Shown one piece after another: positions 9,019-17,726 of a DNA stretch of 63,661 bases (its first letter is position 1; each line of letters begins with the position of its first letter). Under the pieces are notes generated by a model. That model saw only the letters and a program-made list of their open reading frames with translations, did not search any database and had not been told where the DNA came from. The stretch covers positions 1 through 63,661 of the forward strand of contig CAZDBT010000003.1 in NCBI GenBank assembly GCA_964503795.1, in the 5' to 3' direction. Position numbers and translations under genes: made by a program. The DNA comes from an uncultured Candidatus Saccharibacteria bacterium (lineage in GTDB: Bacteria; Patescibacteriota; Minisyncoccia; UBA6257; WO2-44-18).

Positions 9019-10484
9019 TCCAAGAATATTTTTCCGAGTCCGCCGATAAATATCCGGACTACCCCGCCGTAGTTTTCAAGGACAAGCCGATCAGCTATGG
9101 AGATCTGGAGCAGAGGAGCAATCGGCTGGCCACTGCTTTAAAGGGGTTAGGAGTGAAGCGCGGTGATCGCGTGGCCTTTTGCCTTCATAAATCTCCTAAG
9201 TCTTTTATGACTATTCTTGGAATTCTGAAAGTAGATGCCATCTACGTTCCGCTGAACGCCAAGGCGCCAGTAGCTAGAATTGCTCAGATGATCGAAGACG
9301 CAACCCCTTCAGTGGTTATTTGCGAAAAAGCCACTAGGCAGCTGGTTGAAGGAGTGAAATTATTTGATCTGGATGAAAAGGAAGAGTCGTTAGCCGATCT
9401 GCCCGCTTCCACCCCTCACTATAAAAATACCGGGGAGGACCTAGCTTACATCCTGTATACCTCCGGTTCGACCGGCATCCCAAAGGGCGTGATGATCACG
9501 CACGCTAATATTATCAACGCTACTGAATGGGCGGTGGATGAGTTTAAGATTACCCACAAAGATCGCATGTCGCAGCATCCGCCGTTGCATTTCGACCTGT
9601 CTACTTTTGATCTTTATTGCGCTTTCAAAGTTGGCGCGACTTTGTATCCGATACCGGAAGAGCTGTCGTTGTTCCCCGGTCAGTTAATGAAATTTATTGA
9701 AGAGAATAAGCTTACAATCTGGGACTCGGTGCCGTCGGTGATGGTCTATCTTTCTAATGCGGGAGTAGTTAAGCCGGATCGACTGCCCAGTTTGCAGAAA
9801 ATATTTTTCAACGGTGAGGGTTTCCCAACCCGATTCCTGGCGGAGTGGATGATGACTTTTCCAAAAAAAGAATTCGTTAACATGTATGGGCCGACCGAGG
9901 CGACCGTACAATGCTCGTTTTATCGGATTCCCGAACCGCCCAAAGACTTGGTAAAGTTGGTGCCGATCGGAAAGGCTTGCCGGAATGTGGAAATTTTTGA
10001 TGTTGACGGGGAGCTTTACATTTCGGGCTCCGGAGTCGGTAAGGGTTATTGGAATAATCCGGAGAAGACCGCCGCCTCCTTCGTGGAGTGGCCGGGCAGG
10101 GGAAGGGTTTATAAAACCGGCGATCTGGTACGCTTACGGGAAGATGGAAATTATGAATTTATTGGACGTAAAGATTTCCAGGTAAAGGTGATGGGTAATC
10201 GGATTGAGCTGGGAGACGTGGAGGCCGCTTTGCTGTCCCTGTCGTATGTGGCGGAAGCGGCGGCGATCGCTTTAGATGTTCCTGAAACCGGCGGACAGGA
10301 GATCGTGGGATTCATAAAGTTAAAGGTTCCACAGGAAGAAAAGAAGGTTAAAGAGGACTTGGCTAAAATTATTCCTACATATATGATTCCCGCGAGCATT
10401 GTTGTTCGGGATTTCCTGCCAAGGACCGGAACGGGGAAGGTGGATCGTAATCAATTGAAAGCCGATTATGGAAATAAAAAATAA
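9006..10484 (+). CDS. Stand-alone adenylation enzyme (DltA-like amino/acyl-AMP ligase for a carrier protein)
   Basis: LYTSGSTGIPKGV (A3), NMYGPTE, YKTGDL, GRKDFQVKVMGNRIELGDVE and PRTGTGKVDR (A10) motifs. 13-nt overlap with acpS. Confidence 0.8.
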   Translation: MVKLIQEYFSESADKYPDYPAVVFKDKPISYGDLEQRSNRLATALKGLGVKRGDRVAFCLHKSPKSFMTILGILKVDAIYVPLNAKAPVARIAQMIEDATPSVVICEKATRQLVEGVKLFDLDEKEESLADLPASTPHYKNTGEDLAYILYTSGSTGIPKGVMITHANIINATEWAVDEFKITHKDRMSQHPPLHFDLSTFDLYCAFKVGATLYPIPEELSLFPGQLMKFIEENKLTIWDSVPSVMVYLSNAGVVKPDRLPSLQKIFFNGEGFPTRFLAEWMMTFPKKEFVNMYGPTEATVQCSFYRIPEPPKDLVKLVPIGKACRNVEIFDVDGELYISGSGVGKGYWNNPEKTAASFVEWPGRGRVYKTGDLVRLREDGNYEFIGRKDFQVKVMGNRIELGDVEAALLSLSYVAEAAAIALDVPETGGQEIVGFIKLKVPQEEKKVKEDLAKIIPTYMIPASIVVRDFLPRTGTGKVDRNQLKADYGNKK

Positions 10485-10707
10485 CATCAAGTCTTTTTTA
10501 GAAAAAGAAACCCAGAAAACGATCGCCGGCGATTCGGAGAATTTAATTTCTAGCGGCCTTATTGATTCGTTCACGATGATCAAGCTGATCGGCTTCATCG
10601 AGTCCGATCTGGGTGTTAAGGCAAATATGGAAGAATTGACCCCGGATAATTTTAATTCGATCGAAACCATCAGTCAGATAATAGAAAAATGGAGATCCGC
10701 CAAGTAA
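10468..10707 (+). CDS. Carrier protein 1 (DltC/PCP-like)
   Basis: 79 aa. Phosphopantetheine site GLIDSFTMIKLIGFIE. Overlaps both neighbouring genes. Confidence 0.75.
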   Translation: MEIKNNIKSFLEKETQKTIAGDSENLISSGLIDSFTMIKLIGFIESDLGVKANMEELTPDNFNSIETISQIIEKWRSAK

Positions 10708-11729
10708 AGAAATCGGAGTGGGACAAGCTGCGCGTTTTCAACGAAGCGGAATACAAACCCGGCCACATTTTAACAGATAAGAATTATTATGACTGGCAGT
10801 TTGACTCTCCCTGGAACACCAACAAAGATTGTTATGAAACTCTGGGTCTTTTCGACGGAAAAGGAGATATCGTGGGAACTTTCGGATTGTATTCTGCCCC
10901 CCATAATTATTTCGGGCGCACCCTGACCGGCAGCCAGCTTTGCAACCTGATGGTAAAGAAAGAGTTGCGCGCTTTAGGCTACGGCTATTTGTTACTTGAG
11001 CAAGCTGCTTCGCTGCATCCATTAGCTATTGACCACACTATTAATGAGACTGCTTGGCCGATGTTTATGAAGGCAGGTTGGTTGGGCGAAGAGATTAGGC
11101 GCTTTTTATATATAATCAATCCAAAGACCCCGCTTTATGAATTACCGGCCGCAGAGCACCGCCGGGCGGTTGCGGAAGGCTGGCATTTTGATGCCGTTAC
11201 GGAATTCGATTCGTCGGTAGATATTTTTTGGAAGACAGTGAAAAACCGTTACCCGATCTCTATAGAGCGGAGCGCTCAATACCTGAACTGGCGATATGCA
11301 AAAAATCCTTTGGCTAAATACCAGATTTTTGCGGCCAAAAATGGCGGGGAGGTCAAAGCGGTAGTCGTGTTGCGCGTTGAGGAACCTAAAATGGGTCAGT
11401 CTTTGGGAATGAAGGTGGCCCGGATCATAGATTTTGTTTCCGCTGAAGATTCGGAAGTTTTTGCTTTGGATGCCACTTCCCATTATTGTCGAGAGAATAA
11501 AATTGATTTCATAGATTATTTCACCAGTGGGGATTTCCATAAGAAGGGCCTGAGAGAGGCAGGTTTCGTTTTTGGGGACGAGGGAGAGTATGAAAAAGTT
11601 CCGATTCTTTTCAACCCGGTCAGCTCAAAACGCAAGCGATTGAATTTTGCCATGAAGTCTAAGGAGGAGTTTAAACTGAAGGACTGCTACACAACTAAAG
11701 GAGGAGGAGATCAGGATAGGCCTTATTAA
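10689..11729 (+). CDS. GNAT-fold / FemAB-like acyl(aminoacyl)transferase candidate; function unknown
   Basis: 346 aa. N-terminal GNAT-like stretch (LMVKKELRALGYGYLLLEQA) and a second half with YLNWRY as in BioF2/FemAB-like acetyltransferase domains (from memory). Sits between carrier protein 1 and the FkbH-like gene. Confidence 0.4.
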   Translation: MEIRQVKKSEWDKLRVFNEAEYKPGHILTDKNYYDWQFDSPWNTNKDCYETLGLFDGKGDIVGTFGLYSAPHNYFGRTLTGSQLCNLMVKKELRALGYGYLLLEQAASLHPLAIDHTINETAWPMFMKAGWLGEEIRRFLYIINPKTPLYELPAAEHRRAVAEGWHFDAVTEFDSSVDIFWKTVKNRYPISIERSAQYLNWRYAKNPLAKYQIFAAKNGGEVKAVVVLRVEEPKMGQSLGMKVARIIDFVSAEDSEVFALDATSHYCRENKIDFIDYFTSGDFHKKGLREAGFVFGDEGEYEKVPILFNPVSSKRKRLNFAMKSKEEFKLKDCYTTKGGGDQDRPY

Positions 11730-11796
11730 GGGCTCAGAGAGCGGTAATTTGTAATTGCCAGTGAGTCTAAATCCTGTTAGTCTACAGGTGCTATAA

Positions 11797-13374
11797 ATGA
11801 CTGATTTCAAGCAATTACAGCGTCAAGTTTTTAGTTTGGCGTCCAAAAATGACTCCTCGGTTTCCGACTATGTTTCTATAGGAAAGAAGATTAATGCCGA
11901 TAAGCCGGAATTCCCGGAGTATTTTCGTAAGATCAAGGTGGCATTTCTGAGCAACTTTACCTTATTGGGTTTGCCGGAAGTATTTAAAGCTCAGGCCATC
12001 TTTCACAATGTGGCAGTCGAAACTTATCTGGGTGAGTACAATCAGTATGCTCAGGAGATCCTGAATTCCGAGAGCGCATTGAACAAGTTTAAGCCGAAAT
12101 TAATTTATTTCCTGATCGATCCCCAGGATAGCGACCAAGACCAAGTTGAGGAGTTGGCGAACTTGGCGAGCGCCAATTTAGGAGCGCAGGTAGAGGTAGT
12201 CTCCGACTTCGGAGAATTTAAGGAATTTTGGTATACGAAATATAAGGACTTAGGCGATCTGCGCCTGGCGCCGGATGCTTTTCCTGAATTCTCTAGAACG
12301 CTGATGGGGAAAGCGATCGCCGTTAGCGGAGCGACCAAGAAATGCCTGGTTTTGGATCTGGATAATACATTATGGTCTGGCATCGTCGGGGAAGATGGCG
12401 CCGATAAGGTGGTGCCGAATAGGAAATTGCAGAAGCATATTTTAAATTTATATAAGCAGGGAACCATCTTGGCCATCGACAGCCGCAATAATGAGGCGGA
12501 TGCGATGGAGGTAATCGAGAAACATCCGGATATGATTTTGCGGAAGGATCACTTCGCGGCCTGGCAGATCAACTGGAGCGATAAGGCGACTAACATCCGA
12601 GCCATTGCCGAAGAGTTGATGCTTGGCAGCGACAGTTTCGCGTTCGTCGATGACGACCCCTTCCAACAGAATCTAGTAGCGGAGGCCTGCCCGGAGATTG
12701 CGGTTCTCCACCCGGACTCCCTGTTTTCTTATCCCGGATTTTCCGCATCCAAAATTACTGCTGAAGATATGCGTCGCGGTGAGATGTATGCGGAAGAAAG
12801 GACTCGTCGCAGTTTACAATCTTCGTTGAAAAGCGTGGACGATTTTCTGAAAGAATTAAATTTAAACGTAACTATCCGGGAAGTGAGATCAGGCAGCGTC
12901 AGTATTCCCCGTATTTCTCAAATGACGCAAAAAACCAATCAGTTCAATATGACGACTAAGCGTTGGAATGAGGATGAGGTAGGAAAAATGTTGAAGTCCG
13001 GATCAAAGATGTGGACCGTCGAGGCGGTCGATCGTTTTGGCGATTACGGCGTGGTTGGTTTTTTAAGCGTATTGCCGAAAAGTAACACCGGATGGGAGAT
13101 AGATAATTTTCTGATGAGCTGTAGGATTCTGGGGCGCGGTATAGAGAAGTCTCTTCTTGCCCATCTGATCGCCAAAGCCAGAGAAGTTGGAATTGAAGAT
13201 CTGGCTGGCTTATTTGTTCCCACCAAGAAGAATAAGTCTTTATGTGAAAAGTTTTATCAGGAAAATAATTTTAAGCTTAGCGGTGACGAGAACGGCACCC
13301 TGAGGTACCGCTATGATTTCTCCCAAGATTACTCCTACCCTAGTCTAATAAAGGTAAATATCGCCCAATCGTAG
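11797..13374 (+). CDS. FkbH-type HAD-IIIC protein with C-terminal GNAT-like domain (glyceryl/hydroxyacyl-carrier-protein loader)
   Basis: LVLDLDNTLWSGIVGEDG (HAD motif I of the FkbH/IIIC subfamily), FVDDDPFQ, and C-terminal FLMSCRILGRGIEKSLLAHLIAKA. Confidence 0.75.
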   Translation: MTDFKQLQRQVFSLASKNDSSVSDYVSIGKKINADKPEFPEYFRKIKVAFLSNFTLLGLPEVFKAQAIFHNVAVETYLGEYNQYAQEILNSESALNKFKPKLIYFLIDPQDSDQDQVEELANLASANLGAQVEVVSDFGEFKEFWYTKYKDLGDLRLAPDAFPEFSRTLMGKAIAVSGATKKCLVLDLDNTLWSGIVGEDGADKVVPNRKLQKHILNLYKQGTILAIDSRNNEADAMEVIEKHPDMILRKDHFAAWQINWSDKATNIRAIAEELMLGSDSFAFVDDDPFQQNLVAEACPEIAVLHPDSLFSYPGFSASKITAEDMRRGEMYAEERTRRSLQSSLKSVDDFLKELNLNVTIREVRSGSVSIPRISQMTQKTNQFNMTTKRWNEDEVGKMLKSGSKMWTVEAVDRFGDYGVVGFLSVLPKSNTGWEIDNFLMSCRILGRGIEKSLLAHLIAKAREVGIEDLAGLFVPTKKNKSLCEKFYQENNFKLSGDENGTLRYRYDFSQDYSYPSLIKVNIAQS

Positions 13375-13382
13375 TAAAATAA

Positions 13383-13619
13383 ATGAACATGAAAACTATT
13401 GAAGAAGTTTTGGGAAAAGTCTTAAATATTGATCCGTCGAGGATCTCGGATGAAACCGGCCCATCAAATACGGAAGCTTGGGACTCTTTCAGCGGTCTGC
13501 TGATAGTGTCAGAGCTGGAAAAGAATTTTAGTTTGAAACTAACGATCGAAGAGGTGATCCTAGTGAAAAACGTACGGGACATCCGGGCGATCCTTAATAA
13601 ACATGGGATCAAAGCTTAA
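13383..13619 (+). CDS. Carrier protein 2 (ACP-like)
   Basis: 78 aa. Phosphopantetheine site EAWDSFSGLLIVSELE. Directly downstream of the FkbH-like gene. Confidence 0.7.
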   Translation: MNMKTIEEVLGKVLNIDPSRISDETGPSNTEAWDSFSGLLIVSELEKNFSLKLTIEEVILVKNVRDIRAILNKHGIKA

Positions 13620-13630
13620 ACATCAAAACT

Positions 13631-14086
13631 ATGTTTGATATTGAAAGACTAAAAGATGCCGACGCGACCACCGCCAAGCAGATAAATTCTCTTACCAGCC
13701 AGCTTGGTCTTACTGGCGTGGCTCCTAAACCGATCTCTCAAGAGGATTTAGCGGAGATGTTGGGTCAGAGCAACTTACATTGCCTTGTGGTCCGCGACCG
13801 TGATCGAATCGTTGGTTTGATGGTTTTATATCTGACCCGAATACCGACCGGCCTGATCGCGGAAGCGGAGGACTTGGTTGTGGATGAAGACTACCGCAAA
13901 TGGGGCGTAGGCCCGATGTTGGTTCAAAAGGCGATAGAGATATCGGAGACCAGTGGCGCTAAGCATATTAGCTTGAGGACTAACCCGAAGAGAGTTGAGG
14001 CTAATAAGATGTATCAAGCTTTGGGATTTCATACTAAGGAATCCGTTTTCTATCGGATAAACCTGCCGAGGAAGCCCGGCGTTTAA
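13631..14086 (+). CDS. GNAT family N-acetyltransferase, paralogue 2
   Basis: VVDEDYRKWGVGPMLVQKAIEISETSGAKHISLRTNPKRVEANKMYQALGF aligns along its length with 8167-8652. Confidence 0.8.
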   Translation: MFDIERLKDADATTAKQINSLTSQLGLTGVAPKPISQEDLAEMLGQSNLHCLVVRDRDRIVGLMVLYLTRIPTGLIAEAEDLVVDEDYRKWGVGPMLVQKAIEISETSGAKHISLRTNPKRVEANKMYQALGFHTKESVFYRINLPRKPGV

Positions 14087-14088
14087 TT

Positions 14089-15408
14089 ATGAAAACAATC
14101 TTTTTGTGCGTTCCCAACTATATATTTACCTCGGATCTTTTGCGTACTAAGTATATAGAATATCTGTCCTCCAAGTATCGGGTGGTGGTGCTGACTCCGA
14201 TGATCGACGCGGAAGCTGCTGCTGCCCGTCATTATTTTCAGTCGCCGAATGTGATTTATATAAAAAGAGAGATGGAAAACCCGAAGCTTTGGAGCCGGTT
14301 TAAATTTTTGAGGATCGCTTTAGTTGGAGAGTTCGACTACCTGACCTCCATGAAGCATTTCTACAAACGTCCGAACTACCTGCATAACTGGAGGCGTCGA
14401 TTTTTGAGGACTATCGGGAGGCCTTTCTCAAAGATTCTTACCGCCGACTTTTTTACCAAATGGGAATCTCGCTTGCTGCCGGACTCAAAGTCGTTTCAGA
14501 AATTACTGGATGACTATCACCCGGAATTATTAGTGACTGCCACGCCGGGATTTGATGCTTGGGAGGGAGAGTTAATCCTGTTGGCAAGGCGGGCCGGCCT
14601 GTCTAGCGTGGCGGTGAATTTTACCTGGGATAATCTGACAACGAACAGCAAGCATATACGGAAGTCGGATTGCCTTATCGCCTGGAACGAAATAATGAGG
14701 GGGGAGGCTGAAAAGATCCACCGCTATTCTCCTGATAAGGTTTTTGTTTCCGGAACGCCGCGCTTTGATCCTTATTTCAGGGATGAGAAAAAAGAACCGA
14801 CTCGCGAAGAATTTTTGCGCTCAAAAGGTTTAGATCCCAAGAACAGGACCGTTTTCCATACGACGGTAACCAAGGCCTATCCATTCCAGAAGAAGTATAT
14901 TTACGACCTGATCAATTTAAGAAAAGATAAAAAAATTCCATATGTTAATCTCCTGATCCGAATTCACCCGCTGGACCTGATAGAGAACTATTCGGAATTC
15001 AAGGATATTCCTGACTTTTGCATTGAACGTTCCGGTAAAGAAATAGAAATGAGCTACGACGATCTGCTGAATTTGAAGTGCTCTCTGAAATATACGGACC
15101 TGAACATCAACTATGCTTCAACTATAACCATCGAGGCTTGTATTTTTGACAAGCCCGTGATCAACATCGGCTACCTAGGGGTCTACGCTCTGGCCTATGA
15201 ATTCGACCATTACCGGCCGATCTATGAGAGTGGCGCGGTAAAGCTGGCGAAGACCGACGACGATCTGCCAAGACTGATCAACGCCTACCTTTCCGACCCC
15301 GGCAAAGATCGCGAGGCTCGCCTGGCGATTGTCGACAGATATGTTAAGTTTACCGACGGTCTTTCCTATAAGAGAAGCGTTGATCTATTGGAAAAATGTT
15401 CTCAATAA
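14089..15408 (+). CDS. TagB/TagF-like GT-B enzyme, paralogue 2
   Basis: 439 aa. TWDNLTT, SGTPRFDPYF, IRIHPLD and NYASTITIEACIFDKPVINI motifs. Confidence 0.5.
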   Translation: MKTIFLCVPNYIFTSDLLRTKYIEYLSSKYRVVVLTPMIDAEAAAARHYFQSPNVIYIKREMENPKLWSRFKFLRIALVGEFDYLTSMKHFYKRPNYLHNWRRRFLRTIGRPFSKILTADFFTKWESRLLPDSKSFQKLLDDYHPELLVTATPGFDAWEGELILLARRAGLSSVAVNFTWDNLTTNSKHIRKSDCLIAWNEIMRGEAEKIHRYSPDKVFVSGTPRFDPYFRDEKKEPTREEFLRSKGLDPKNRTVFHTTVTKAYPFQKKYIYDLINLRKDKKIPYVNLLIRIHPLDLIENYSEFKDIPDFCIERSGKEIEMSYDDLLNLKCSLKYTDLNINYASTITIEACIFDKPVINIGYLGVYALAYEFDHYRPIYESGAVKLAKTDDDLPRLINAYLSDPGKDREARLAIVDRYVKFTDGLSYKRSVDLLEKCSQ

Positions 15409-16313
15409 ACGACAAACACATAATCGTTAACTATCACTATGTGGAGGATCCCAACCCCAAGTTTTCGGGCATTACTCCTTGTTCGGTTCCTGAATTCGAC
15501 CGGCAGGTTCAATTTTTGTCTAAGAATTACCGAATAGTTTCTGTTCCGGAAGTTTATGAAGCCGCCCAGGCCGGTAAGGCGGACAGATTGTGCGCGATAA
15601 CCTTTGACGATGGATTGAAGGACCAGTATCAGAATGCCCTGCCGATATTGGAAAAATACGGGGCTTCCGGAACCTTTTTCATAATCACCTCAACCTTTGA
15701 GGGCCGCCTGCCGCCTGCTCACAAGGTACACATTTTGCTTTCCAAGTTGCCCATAGAGCAGTCCATCGACACCTTCCATGGTTTTTTGAAAGAGTTCTAT
15801 CCGGACCTGTCGGCTCAATACCTAATACCCAAAGACAGGAGATTGACTCAGAAGCGGTTACACGAAAGTCCGGCCAACGCGAATTTCAAGGAAACCATGA
15901 TCACCCTTCCGGAAGATATTAAAGGCCAATTTCTCCGGTATTGTTTCAAGCAGTTCAAGATCAAAGAAGAAAAGATCAGCCGGAATCTTTTTATGTCCCA
16001 GGAAGAAGTAAAAGATTTGCGGGCTAGAGGAATGGTGGTCGGTAATCATTCTCATAGCCACTACTCTTTTGACGTGATTAGCGAAGAGACCGCCTCCAAC
16101 GAGGTGAAGTTAACTTCTGAGCTTCTGTCGGGTATGTTGGGTAGCGCGCCGACGATTTTTTCTTATCCTCACGGCCGGCAGGGAAAAGATTCCGGTTCGG
16201 TATTGGAGCCGCTAGGGATGAAGTATGCGGTTAACATCGTCCGCAAGGCGGTAGAGAAAGGAGATGAGAGATTCTCCATTCCGCGTTATGACACGGCCGA
16301 TATCTCAATTTAA
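15396..16313 (+). CDS. Polysaccharide deacetylase (NodB/CE4 family)
   Basis: ITFDDGLKDQY (NodB motif 1) and GNHSHSHYSF motifs. Confidence 0.8.
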   Translation: MFSINDKHIIVNYHYVEDPNPKFSGITPCSVPEFDRQVQFLSKNYRIVSVPEVYEAAQAGKADRLCAITFDDGLKDQYQNALPILEKYGASGTFFIITSTFEGRLPPAHKVHILLSKLPIEQSIDTFHGFLKEFYPDLSAQYLIPKDRRLTQKRLHESPANANFKETMITLPEDIKGQFLRYCFKQFKIKEEKISRNLFMSQEEVKDLRARGMVVGNHSHSHYSFDVISEETASNEVKLTSELLSGMLGSAPTIFSYPHGRQGKDSGSVLEPLGMKYAVNIVRKAVEKGDERFSIPRYDTADISI

Positions 16314-16316
16314 AAC

Positions 16317-17684
16317 ATGCGCACTATTTTTATTGCCGCCTTCAATCCATTTATCCTTAGGAATATTCTCATTGGCGACGCCCTATCAGTTTTAAAGGCG
16401 GAGCCTGATAGCCGAGTGGTAGTCTTAGTTCCTGACTACAAGGTAGATTTTTTTAAAAAGGCGATCGGGGGCGATCGGGTACTTATTGAGGGGGTTAAAA
16501 CTCAAATTATTTCCCGGCAGGATATTTTTTTCCGGTTTGTTAACAGCTCTCTGGCTAACACCGACTCCCTTTCTATTCATAAGAGAACCCAGCTGGAACA
16601 GGGAAGGAATTTCCCGCGTTTCTTGGCCGCTCTTCTTTTGATGAAGGTTTTTGGCCGACTCAAAGCAATTCGTAATCTAAGCAGGCTGGCGGATTATCTG
16701 ACGATCGATAAGGCCCGATTTTCCGGACTATTTGATCGTTATCAGCCAGATCTGGTTTTTTCCACCGACGTTTTTCACGATGACGATGTTCATCTTTTGG
16801 CAGCGGCCAAAAAGCGCAGCGTTAAAACTGTGGGGATGGTACGATCTTGGGACAATTTCACCACAAAAGGAATTTTTCGGATCCGACCGGACGCTCTGAT
16901 CGTCCACAACGAAATTATGAAAGATGAAGCTTTGAGGCATTCCGGAATGATAGCCAAGGATATTTTCATCAGCGGCATTCCCCAATACGACCGTTATTTT
17001 TCCGGGCAGCGGATGGCACGGGAGGATTTTTTCAAAAAGATCGGATTGGATCCTGCCAAGAAAATGATTTTATTTTCCCCGTTTGGTAAACGCTTCACCG
17101 ATACCGACTGGCAAGTAATGGAAATTTTAAAGGAATTCATAGAAAAAAAACTCATTCCTCCCTCCCAGGTCCTAGTGCGCTTTACTCCTAATGATGAAGT
17201 TCCTTTGGGTAAATTTGAGCCGAGCGGGGATTTCTATATGGATAAGCCCGGCCATCAGTTTAAGGTCGGCGTTTTTCGGGACCAGGAGCTGAATGCATCT
17301 GATATGGACTGGCTGGCCGACTCTTTAGCTAATGCCGACGTGGTAGTGGCCGGTGGCGCTTCCATCGGAGTGGACGCAGCCGCTTTTGATAAGCCGGCGA
17401 TCCTGATCTACTTTGATGGTTTTGAGGATCGGCCGATTTTGCGAAGCGTTCGGAGATTTATAGATTACAGCCATGGCAAGCTGGTGAATCGTGACGGCTC
17501 TGTGATGCCGGCGAGGAGTCGCGAGGAATTGTTAAGCTGTTTGAATCAGGCATTAGGAAGTCCCGCTTCTGGACGCGAGCTTAGAAAAAAAATGATCGAG
17601 AGGATGTGTTGGAAAACTGATGGCCAGGCGGGAAAGAGGATAGGTAATTTTCTTTCTGCAATGTGGAGCCAGCGATATCGTTAG
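16317..17684 (+). CDS. TagB/TagF-like GT-B enzyme, paralogue 3
   Basis: 455 aa. SWDNFTT, SGIPQYDRYF, LFSPFGKR, VRFTPNDE and AFDKPAILIYF motifs. Confidence 0.5.
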   Translation: MRTIFIAAFNPFILRNILIGDALSVLKAEPDSRVVVLVPDYKVDFFKKAIGGDRVLIEGVKTQIISRQDIFFRFVNSSLANTDSLSIHKRTQLEQGRNFPRFLAALLLMKVFGRLKAIRNLSRLADYLTIDKARFSGLFDRYQPDLVFSTDVFHDDDVHLLAAAKKRSVKTVGMVRSWDNFTTKGIFRIRPDALIVHNEIMKDEALRHSGMIAKDIFISGIPQYDRYFSGQRMAREDFFKKIGLDPAKKMILFSPFGKRFTDTDWQVMEILKEFIEKKLIPPSQVLVRFTPNDEVPLGKFEPSGDFYMDKPGHQFKVGVFRDQELNASDMDWLADSLANADVVVAGGASIGVDAAAFDKPAILIYFDGFEDRPILRSVRRFIDYSHGKLVNRDGSVMPARSREELLSCLNQALGSPASGRELRKKMIERMCWKTDGQAGKRIGNFLSAMWSQRYR

Positions 17685-17726
17685 TTTTCCGAGTGGTGGA
17701 AAGTGAATTATAATAAATAGAACAGG

